Shown here one piece after another: positions 1 to 6,745 of a stretch of 20,297 nucleotides of DNA (position 1 is its first letter; every line of letters starts with the position of its first letter). The translations under genes were made by a program, and so were the position numbers. The stretch is from Candidatus Latescibacterota bacterium (GTDB lineage Bacteria > Latescibacterota > UBA2968 > UBA8231). The stretch lies in the NCBI GenBank assembly GCA_965219385.1, contig CBDCNM010000002.1, positions 1,150,639 through 1,170,935 on the forward strand. Reading direction: 5' to 3'. The notes under the pieces were generated by a model that was not told the origin of the DNA, ran no database searches, and saw only the letters and a list, made by a program, of their open reading frames with translations.

Positions 1-81
1 TGATGTCCGCGCCTGTCACCAACAACCTGGTGCTCGCGTTTCTGGGCCCAGAACGTCTTGGGTATGCCGCGGTCGTACTGA
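1..81 (+). CDS. 3' end of an acyl-CoA dehydrogenase family gene (partial; apparent +1 frameshift at the CCC run 47-49)
   Basis: The frame from nt 3 reads MSAPVTNNLVLAFLG. After skipping one C it reads QNVLGMPRSY-TGA(79-81). The joined APVTNNLVLAFLGQNVLGMPRSY* matches the typical acyl-CoA dehydrogenase C-terminus (APxxxNLxLxxxxxxVLGxPRSx*). Confidence 0.75.
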
Positions 82-180
82 TCTGAGCCATCCGAGCCCT
101 CTCCCGCGACGGAGTAATGCTCGCATGACATGACTCGAATAGCATGAGTAGAGCTGACTCACGGGGTATCCTTACCTGCG

Positions 181-590
181 ATGCGGGCCGCTACCGACCA
201 GACTCCCCAGCCACTCTGGCACAGCGTGCCACCTGAGGCGGTTCTCGAACACCTCTCCTCATAGACCACTGGCCTGCCGTCCGCTGAAGCGGCGACCCGC
301 CTCGTCACGTTCGGGCCGAACCAGCTGACCGGCAACTCCGTCCGTCTCAGCGCTCAAGCTGTTTGTGGACGAGTTCCGCAGCCCGCTCGTCGTGGTGCTG
401 CTCGCCGCTGCTCTGGTGCTGGTGGCTGCGGACGAGTCCGAGCAGCTGATAGACGCCGGTCTCATCGGGCTCATCGTCCTGCTGAACGCAGGTTTGGGGT
501 TCACCCAGAACTTACCGGGCAAGCCGCGGAATCGAGTCGCTGAGCCGGCTGTCCGCCTCCTCCGCGATGGCGCTTCGGGACGGACTTTGC
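181..590 (+). pseudogene. N-terminal fragment of a cation-transporting P-type ATPase, disrupted and truncated
   Basis: Reconstructed translation: MRAATDQTPQPLWHSVPPEAVLEHLSS*TTGLPSAEAATRLVTFGPNQL / VSALKLFVDEFRSPLVVVLLAAA...DAGLIGLIVLLNAGLGFTQN / YRASRGIESLSRLSASSAMALRDG. This follows the Cation_ATPase_N pattern (WH..GL...EA..RL..FGPN.L), then TM1-TM2, then the QExRA..ES L..LS....LRDG pattern. There is an in-frame TAG at 262-264 and frameshifts near 334 and 512. Similarity stops at about 585. Confidence 0.85.
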
Positions 591-598
591 CATTCTAA

Positions 599-739
599 TT
601 TAGTGCCGCCTACAAACAACAGATCCTCCAGGAGGCCGATCGCTGTCGTCCGTCGGGTCAATTGGGCGCCCTGTTGCGGCGCGAAGGTCTCTACTCGTCC
701 CATCTAACCACCTGGCGCCGCCCGCGGGAACGAGGCGCG
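599..739 (+). mobile_element. IS3-family transposase OrfA (HTH) internal fragment
   Basis: Reads FSAAYKQQILQEADRCRPSGQLGALLRREGLYSSHLTTWRRPRERGA, including the characteristic GALLRREGLYSSHL..WR motif of an IS3-family OrfA group. No start codon, OrfB or terminal inverted repeats are visible. Confidence 0.8.
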
Positions 740-756
740 TATGATCAACCAGGTCC

Positions 757-861
757 AACACCTTTCTCCTGCCGATGAATTTTGAATTCGCCAAGCAGAC
801 GGACCTGCAAGGGCACTATTCGGACTACCAGATGCACTTTAGCTTTGGAAAGAGTTTTTGA
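757..861 (+). pseudogene. C-terminal fragment of an outer-membrane beta-barrel protein (Omp85/BamA-TamA-like)
   Basis: Reads NTFLLPMNFEFAKQTDLQGHYSDYQMHFSFGKSF-TGA(859-861): two amphipathic strands ending in a beta-signal-like FSFGxxF*. The stop overlaps the TTG start of the next gene (TTGA). The 5' part of the gene is missing. Confidence 0.6.
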
Positions 862-1561
862 GACTCCTGCTGCCTATCATCGCCCTGATCCTGACCTTGC
901 TGCCGGGTTGCGCCGGCCGCACCTCCTCTAAGCGGGTGGAATTCCAGGCGCCTTCCCCACCCGATCCGGCAATTTTGCCCATCCTGAAGGATGCCAAACG
1001 CATCGGCGTGCTTTCCATTACCAATATTGAGCCGGTGAAAAAGCTGGATATCGAGAAGGTGGTGGGCCGGCTGGCCGACGGCATGGCCCGCGGTCTGGGC
1101 AATATTCCCGAGGTAACCGTGGTCTCCCAGGACGAGATCCGCTGGCATTTCAATTACACCGCCTTTGACTCGGTCAGTGTCTTATCCCCGCAAATCTGCA
1201 CGACCTTGCGAGAGGAGCTGGAACTGGACGCGCCATGGTCTACGTGGAACTGAACGATCTCCAGGCCCAGCTGACACCCGTATCTCCAACCCCTTATGGA
1301 GGCCTTGCGCCGGCTCCCGGCCTGGATCTGTCGGTCGGCCTGCAGGTGACCTTGATGAACCTGCACACCGATGCGGTCTGGCGCCATGATCAGGGCCAGC
1401 ACCGCAACTGGCAGCCCATCCAGCTCCAACTCTTCGGGGGCGGGGACCAGCCCGAGCGCCAGCTCTTGATGGCCCTCCGCCGTCCTCTGAGCCAGATCCT
1501 GGCCCGGGTTGCCCCCCCTCCCAGAAAACAGGTGCGGCACTTCGAAATCAGCGGGGACTGA
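858..1561 (+). CDS. Putative lipoprotein (~233 aa if repaired), split by an apparent frameshift at ~1230-1234; possibly a CsgG/LpoB-like alpha/beta fold
   Basis: Signal peptide with lipobox LPG-C. ORFs 858..1253 and 1235..1561 join as ...EELELDA-MVYVELNDL... if one GC dinucleotide in GACGCGCCATG is removed. The fold is guessed from the RIGVLSITN strand-helix-strand pattern only. Confidence 0.65.
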
Positions 1562-1575
1562 TTCTCCAGCTCCAT

Positions 1576-1613
1576 AAAAGAAGGGCGGATGCCTCGATTG
1601 GCATCCGCCCTTC
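1576..1613 (-). terminator. Intrinsic terminator between convergent genes (may act in both directions)
   Basis: Perfect 14-bp stem GAAGGGCGGATGCC(1580-1593)/GGCATCCGCCCTTC(1600-1613) with a 6-nt loop. AAAA at 1576-1579 supplies the U-tract on the minus strand. Confidence 0.85.
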
Positions 1614-1633
1614 AGGGATTTTCGTATGGACTC

Positions 1634-2344
1634 TTAGCGGCCCCGTTTTTTAGATGCTTTCTTTTTTACGCTTTGAGCTTGCTGCGCAGCCGACTCTGAG
1701 CTGGGGGCTGGCTTTGAGCTGCTCGAAGTGCTGGTGACCTTGCTCGGCACCTGTGGGTGCTCGAAATCGCGTATGCGGGTTGGACTTGTGCGGCTCTCCC
1801 AGACCTCCCTCTGATCCTGCTCGTAGGGGTTGAGCATGAGATCGTTCGAAAAATCCTCCCTGGGCTGGGACTCCTCCTGTTGGGCTGAAAGCGTGCGGAT
1901 GGTATCGTGCATACCCTCCAGCTCGCGGGTGCTCACCAGTTCGTAGCCGGGCGGGATATAAAGGCCGTCGTCCTGGTAATAGGGATCGTAGCCATAGCCG
2001 TAAGGCCCGTACCCGGCCCCGTAATGGGGGTAGCCGTAGCCGCCGGCCCCGTACAGACCATACCTGGAATCATAGGTCAGGATGGGGAACCCGCCGTAGC
2101 CGTAGGGGGATCCACCATAGCCATATCCCCCATAGGGATTGCCCGGATAGCGGTAAAAGTCGTCCTGCTCGTCGCGATCGTCGAAGCGGCCTATCCGCGG
2201 ATCCGTGCTCCGGTCGGCCTTCCAGATCTGCTCCTGCTGCACATCCGCAGCCGTGCGTGGTGCCTTAAGCACGGTATAACAGCTACTTAGCACCATTGCG
2301 GAGAGTCCGAGCGCCATCCAGGTTATCAAGGGTTTTGCTCTCAT
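1634..2344 (-). CDS. Lipoprotein with a Gly/Tyr-rich low-complexity core and a Ser/Lys-rich tail
   Basis: 236 aa with lipobox LSS-C(YTVLK), GYGYGGSPYGYGG...GYGPYGYGYDPYY repeats and a basic tail KKKASKKRGR. An AGGAG Shine-Dalgarno precedes the ATG. Confidence 0.8.
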   Translation of the reverse strand: MRAKPLITWMALGLSAMVLSSCYTVLKAPRTAADVQQEQIWKADRSTDPRIGRFDDRDEQDDFYRYPGNPYGGYGYGGSPYGYGGFPILTYDSRYGLYGAGGYGYPHYGAGYGPYGYGYDPYYQDDGLYIPPGYELVSTRELEGMHDTIRTLSAQQEESQPREDFSNDLMLNPYEQDQREVWESRTSPTRIRDFEHPQVPSKVTSTSSSSKPAPSSESAAQQAQSVKKKASKKRGR

Positions 2345-2411
2345 GCCACACTCCTGTGTTTTAAAATAGTTTCGGAGACCGATTGGGGCACTTCTCTAAC
2401 TTTCTTTGATT

Positions 2412-2439
2412 AATATAATAATTAAAAAATCCCAGTCAA
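2412..2439 (-). promoter_or_regulatory. Candidate sigma70-type promoter for the Gly/Tyr-rich lipoprotein gene
   Basis: Minus-strand TTGACT-N16-TATATT in an AT-rich intergenic gap. Confidence 0.5.
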
Positions 2440-2447
2440 ATTTAATT

Positions 2448-3884
2448 TTAGAACCGATACCCCACACTTATAAAAGTCCGGCTTATGGTGCTTTCTTCCC
2501 TACCTCCATCCTGGACCTGCTCGAAGCCGCCGCGCGTCCAGGCAGCGTCTACCTGCATTACCTGATCGAAGAGCATGCCCGCTCCCAGGGTGAAGAAGCG
2601 GCGATCCCGTTTGATGAGAACGAGATGGGTGTTTTCCGGATCGATATCTTCTTCATCAAGAGGTCCCACATAAGGCAAAGGATCGCTGTAGTAGCCGGCG
2701 CGCAGGACCAGGGTGATTACCGGCACCTGCCATTCGAGCCCCAGGTGATAGCGAATGATGTCCTCGTACTCCTCCTCGAAAAGCACATTCGAGCGCAGAT
2801 CCTCTGTATCTCTACCTCTGTACTCGCTCTGCGACCATTCCGCCAGATGCGCGCTGCCCGCCAGCAGGAGATCGGGGATGGGGCGCAACGAGAAACCAAT
2901 GCCGAACTCGAGGGGCAGGGCCAGCTTGTAGGAATTGTTGAGGGTTTGCGAGGGCACCTCTTCGAGTATAGTGGACCCTCTGTCTGTGATCCTCCTTCCT
3001 GTGTTGGTAACAAGGTAGGGATTGCCTTCTTCGTCCGTACCCTGTTCAATACTTCCTTTTTCTTCTTCGGGGACCAGTTCCTCCAGATTGTCGACAAAAT
3101 CGCGATCATATTCAGTAGAGCTGTATTCTGGAGGAGGTACCCCTTTGAAAACGTAATTGATCTGGTGCGCGACCCCACTGCTCACTGTGAGGCCGAGACG
3201 TCCCGTGGGATTCTCCCTAGGAGAGCGGATCATCATGCCCAGGGTTGCATTGAAACCATCGTATTCATCTTCGTAAAGATCCTGGGTCTTCAGGCGGAAT
3301 CCTGTGGCATCTGGGTTAAAATCCTGGTCGATATCATCGATTCTCTCATCTGCTCCGCGCCACAAATTCAAGGCCATTCCCAGCGAAATCTCGGGAGATA
3401 TATCGACGGCTCCGGCCAGAGAGGTGGTCGAAAGTTCGCCTTCGTGGCGAAAAAAATTGTCCTGCTGCAGAGTGTCGACTGGACTGAACCCCCGAATACG
3501 AATGGCCGAATCGAAGTCCTTGACCCGGTTGAATCCCACGGCAAAAACCAGACCGCCTTGGTAGACCGGATACGGATAGACCAGGCCCAGCGAACCAAAA
3601 CGGGTATTGCTCAACTCGGTGGTGCTGCGGGTGTTGGCCAGGGTGGCTTTGCCCTCGTAGGTGTTGCGCAGGAAGGCCACGTAGACCTCGCGCTCCTGCA
3701 TCTGCGCCAATCCGGCCGGATTCCAGTGGATCGCAGTGTAGTCGTCGGCCACCCCTGCGTAGGCGCCGCCCATGCCCATGGCCCGGACCCCGAGGCCGGC
3801 AAAATTGTCGATGGCCCTTTCCTGGGCCGTAAGCGTCCCGACCGCGAACAGGATGATAATCAAAAAGTGCAACAGGATGCGCAT
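2448..3884 (-). CDS. OmpP1/FadL/PorV-like outer-membrane beta-barrel protein
   Basis: 478 aa with a signal peptide, the family motif GVRAMGMGGAYAGVADDYTAIHWNPAGLAQ and a C-terminal beta-signal ISVGYRF. Its start overlaps the upstream stop (TGATG). Confidence 0.85.
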   Translation of the reverse strand: MRILLHFLIIILFAVGTLTAQERAIDNFAGLGVRAMGMGGAYAGVADDYTAIHWNPAGLAQMQEREVYVAFLRNTYEGKATLANTRSTTELSNTRFGSLGLVYPYPVYQGGLVFAVGFNRVKDFDSAIRIRGFSPVDTLQQDNFFRHEGELSTTSLAGAVDISPEISLGMALNLWRGADERIDDIDQDFNPDATGFRLKTQDLYEDEYDGFNATLGMMIRSPRENPTGRLGLTVSSGVAHQINYVFKGVPPPEYSSTEYDRDFVDNLEELVPEEEKGSIEQGTDEEGNPYLVTNTGRRITDRGSTILEEVPSQTLNNSYKLALPLEFGIGFSLRPIPDLLLAGSAHLAEWSQSEYRGRDTEDLRSNVLFEEEYEDIIRYHLGLEWQVPVITLVLRAGYYSDPLPYVGPLDEEDIDPENTHLVLIKRDRRFFTLGAGMLFDQVMQVDAAWTRGGFEQVQDGGREESTISRTFISVGYRF

Positions 3885-4663
3885 CAGAATTCTTCCGTGT
3901 AGAGGACGGCCAGTTCCCGGCTCGGACCCGGGGCGCCGTCGCCGTTGCCCAGCGCGTTTTTGAGGTAAAAACCGATCACCAGCTGCGGCGCCAGAGCCCC
4001 GCGCACCCCCAGATTCAGGTAGCCCTTGCCCAACCCCAGAGAGGTGTCGCCGTCGTCGTTGAGCCCCAGGTCGTACTCGGCGATCAGCGAGAGATCTTCA
4101 TTGATGCCCTTGATGCCCTTGTCCACGCCCACCCAGCCCGAGAGGTCCCCGTCTCCATCGGCGTCCTCCCGGCTCAAGTTTACTCCGCCGTGCAAACCGA
4201 ACTGACCCAGATCGGACAGGTAATTTTTGCTGAGGACCAGGAAAGGTCCCTTGGACTTGATCCGGTAGCGCTGGTTGCGGTGGCTCCCGTATCCCTGGGT
4301 CTCGTACCCCAGGACAAAGGCAGGCAGGTCTTTATTCTCCTCGATGAGGCGGTAGCGCAGGGCCACCTCCAGCCGCGGGTACCACTCGATGTTGCGATCG
4401 CCGATGATCTGCTCGCCGCCAAAGGAAACGCCGATGCCCAGACGTTTGAGGACGCCGGCGTTCAGGCCTCCCAGGACACCGCCGTTGGAAAACAACCGCA
4501 GGTCAACCCCAAATTTGCCCTTGTCGATCAAGCCGGCCGTGGGGCTGTCGATCAAGCGCATGGGTTCGGGCGTCTCGGCCCCGACCCCAAGCGGGCCCCA
4601 GCACAAGCAGGCGACAAGGACCAGCAGCCCGGCTCGCAACCAGGCGTTTTCAGACGCAGTCAA
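3884..4663 (-). CDS. YjbH-like small outer-membrane beta-barrel protein
   Basis: 259 aa with a signal peptide, an N-terminal LIDSPTAGL motif, alternating amphipathic strands and a terminal Phe. The TTG start is uncertain. Confidence 0.65.
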   Translation of the reverse strand: MTASENAWLRAGLLVLVACLCWGPLGVGAETPEPMRLIDSPTAGLIDKGKFGVDLRLFSNGGVLGGLNAGVLKRLGIGVSFGGEQIIGDRNIEWYPRLEVALRYRLIEENKDLPAFVLGYETQGYGSHRNQRYRIKSKGPFLVLSKNYLSDLGQFGLHGGVNLSREDADGDGDLSGWVGVDKGIKGINEDLSLIAEYDLGLNDDGDTSLGLGKGYLNLGVRGALAPQLVIGFYLKNALGNGDGAPGPSRELAVLYTEEF

Positions 4664-4716
4664 TTTTTGCCAACATCCCTTCTCTCATCTGGATCGGGGA
4701 AGTGAAAATTCACTGT

Positions 4717-5166
4717 TCAGGGAGTCGGGCACCTCAAGGTAATCCGCCGCTTTTCGGCTGCCTCGTACTCCAGGATTATCTCCCGGCTTTGCGGAGGCAG
4801 CAGCTGGCCGGCCCGTTCTGCCCATTCGACCAGGCAGATGCCCTGGCCATAAAAGTACTCTTCGGCCCCCAGATTTTCAAGCTCGGCCGGGGTGTGGAGG
4901 CGGTACAGATCAAAGTGATAGATCGGCAGCGCTCGTCCTTTTACCTTGCCGCGGTACTCGTTGATCAGGATAAAGGTGGGGCTGTTGACCCAGTCCGCCA
5001 CCTCCAGTCCCTGGCAGATACCCTGGATCATGCAGGTTTTACCGGTGCCGATTTCACCTTTGAGGGCGAGCAGGTCGCCCGGCCCCAGACGACGACTCAA
5101 TCCGCTCCCCAGCACCCGCGTCTCCTCGGGAGAGTGGGAGATAACGGTCTTTTCTACAAAGTTCAT
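4717..5166 (-). CDS. tsaE: tRNA threonylcarbamoyladenosine biosynthesis ATPase TsaE
   Basis: Motifs LKGEIGTGKT (Walker A), VNSPTFILINEY, YHFDLYRL and LVEWAE. ATGA overlap with the porX stop. Confidence 0.97.
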   Translation of the reverse strand: MNFVEKTVISHSPEETRVLGSGLSRRLGPGDLLALKGEIGTGKTCMIQGICQGLEVADWVNSPTFILINEYRGKVKGRALPIYHFDLYRLHTPAELENLGAEEYFYGQGICLVEWAERAGQLLPPQSREIILEYEAAEKRRITLRCPTP

Positions 5167-6722
5167 TTAGGTTCCATAACGGCGACCGGCAGAATCATCT
5201 CCTCCAGCGAGATGCCGCCGTGCTGGAAACTATCCTTGTAGTGCCGCTGATATTCGTTGAAGTTGGTCGGGTAGACCAAGTAGAAATCTTCCTTGGCTAT
5301 TATAAAATTGGCGCCCAGACCCGATCTTGGCAACCCGTAGCGGTGCGGGTCGGAGATATACAGGGCGTCCCTGGCGTCGCACCGCAGGTTTTTGCCGTGT
5401 TTGTAGCGCAGGTTCGTAGAAGTTTCGCGGTCTCCGTGCACCACCGCGGCACGGGTGCCGCGCACCGATCCATGATCCGTGGTCAACACCACCACCGCAT
5501 CTGTGCGGGCGATCTGTTGCAGGATCTCGAACAGCGAAGAATGCGCAAACCAGGAATGCACCAGCGACCGGAAAGCGGCTTCGTCCGGAGCGATTTCCTT
5601 GAGCAAGGCCGAGCGCGAGCGTCCGTGCATCAGCATGTCGAGGAAATTGTATACCACGCTGACCAGCGGTACCTTGCCGAGCGTGGCCACTTTGCGGGTA
5701 AGACCGTGACCTTCGCTTGGGTTGAGCACCTTTATATAGTGCGAACCAGACGACGGTTTGAACCCCATATCCGCCAATTGCTCGTCCAGGTACTGGTGTT
5801 CGTTGCGGTTGAGACTGTGTTCATCCTGCGACGCGCTCCAGATATCGCCGTATTTTCTTTCTATTTCACTGGGAAAAAGACCGCTGAAAATCGCATTGCG
5901 CGAGTAGGGCGTGGCCGTGGGCAGAATGGAGTAGTGATGGGATCGTTTGATATCGAAAAACTCCGCCAGCAGCGGCTCCATGATCATCCAGTGGTCCAGA
6001 CGCAGGCAGTCTATCACGATAAAGAATACCTGGCGTCCCTGTTTCAGGCAAGGGGCGACGTATTCGGCTACGATGTCCACGGAGAGAGGCGGCGAATCCT
6101 CTTCGCTTTCGACCCAATCGGGGTATATACGCTCGATAAAACGGCAGAATTCGTGGTTGCATTCCTTTTTCTGGTCCTCGATCATCTGGTGCAACCCCTT
6201 GTCGCCCAGGCGGCCGATCTCGATATCCCACTGGCTCAGCAGCTGGTGGATATCGACCCAGGTCTGCCAGGTGACCTCCCCGGAAAGCCAGGCGCGAATC
6301 CGACTGATCTTGGAGACGTGGGCCTGACCGGCCTGGCTCTGGCGGATCTGACGGGAATCCAGGATTTTCTTGCAGGCCATAAAAATCTGGCTGGGGTTCA
6401 CCGGCTTGGTCAGATAGTCGTCGATGCGCCTGCCGATGGCTTCGTCCATCAGGTGTTCTTCTTCGCTCTTGGTGATCATGATGACCGGTATATTGGCACT
6501 GAACTGTTTGATTTGCTCGAGGGTCGAAAGCCCGTCGAGGCCGGGCATCATTTCATCCAGCAAAACGATATCGAAGTGCTCCTGCTGCATCAGGGCAATC
6601 GCGTCCTCGCCATTGCTCGCCGGAGTGACCTCGAAGCCTTTTTCGTGTAAGAAGAGGTGATGCGAGCGCAATAAGTCGATCTCGTCATCTGCCCAGAGAA
6701 TTCTTCTCGCAGGTGCATCCAT
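5163..6722 (-). CDS. porX: PorX-type response regulator (receiver domain plus PglZ/alkaline-phosphatase-superfamily domain)
   Basis: Receiver motifs ILWADDE, LLDEMMPG, MITKSEEE and YLTKPVNP. PglZ motifs IVIDCLR, SILPTATPYSRNAIFSG, DMLMH, TTDHG and FQHGGISLEEM. ATG 6722 has an AAAGGA Shine-Dalgarno. An alternative GTG start at 6749 overlaps the kinase stop. Confidence 0.92.
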   Translation of the reverse strand: MDAPARRILWADDEIDLLRSHHLFLHEKGFEVTPASNGEDAIALMQQEHFDIVLLDEMMPGLDGLSTLEQIKQFSANIPVIMITKSEEEHLMDEAIGRRIDDYLTKPVNPSQIFMACKKILDSRQIRQSQAGQAHVSKISRIRAWLSGEVTWQTWVDIHQLLSQWDIEIGRLGDKGLHQMIEDQKKECNHEFCRFIERIYPDWVESEEDSPPLSVDIVAEYVAPCLKQGRQVFFIVIDCLRLDHWMIMEPLLAEFFDIKRSHHYSILPTATPYSRNAIFSGLFPSEIERKYGDIWSASQDEHSLNRNEHQYLDEQLADMGFKPSSGSHYIKVLNPSEGHGLTRKVATLGKVPLVSVVYNFLDMLMHGRSRSALLKEIAPDEAAFRSLVHSWFAHSSLFEILQQIARTDAVVVLTTDHGSVRGTRAAVVHGDRETSTNLRYKHGKNLRCDARDALYISDPHRYGLPRSGLGANFIIAKEDFYLVYPTNFNEYQRHYKDSFQHGGISLEEMILPVAVMEPK

Positions 6723-6745
6723 GGTGAATCCTTTCGCGCGATCGT

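Noticed and set aside
2406..3902. 498-aa plus-strand ORF
   Set aside because: It is the antisense shadow of the FadL/PorV-like gene, with no recognisable motifs. Long antisense ORFs are expected in GC-rich coding DNA.
5220..6650. 476-aa plus-strand ORF
   Set aside because: It lies fully antisense to porX, which carries all the family motifs.
5163..6722. BREX defence system suggested by the PglZ domain
   Set aside because: The PglZ domain is fused to a receiver domain in the PorX architecture, and no brxC, pglX or brxL genes are present.
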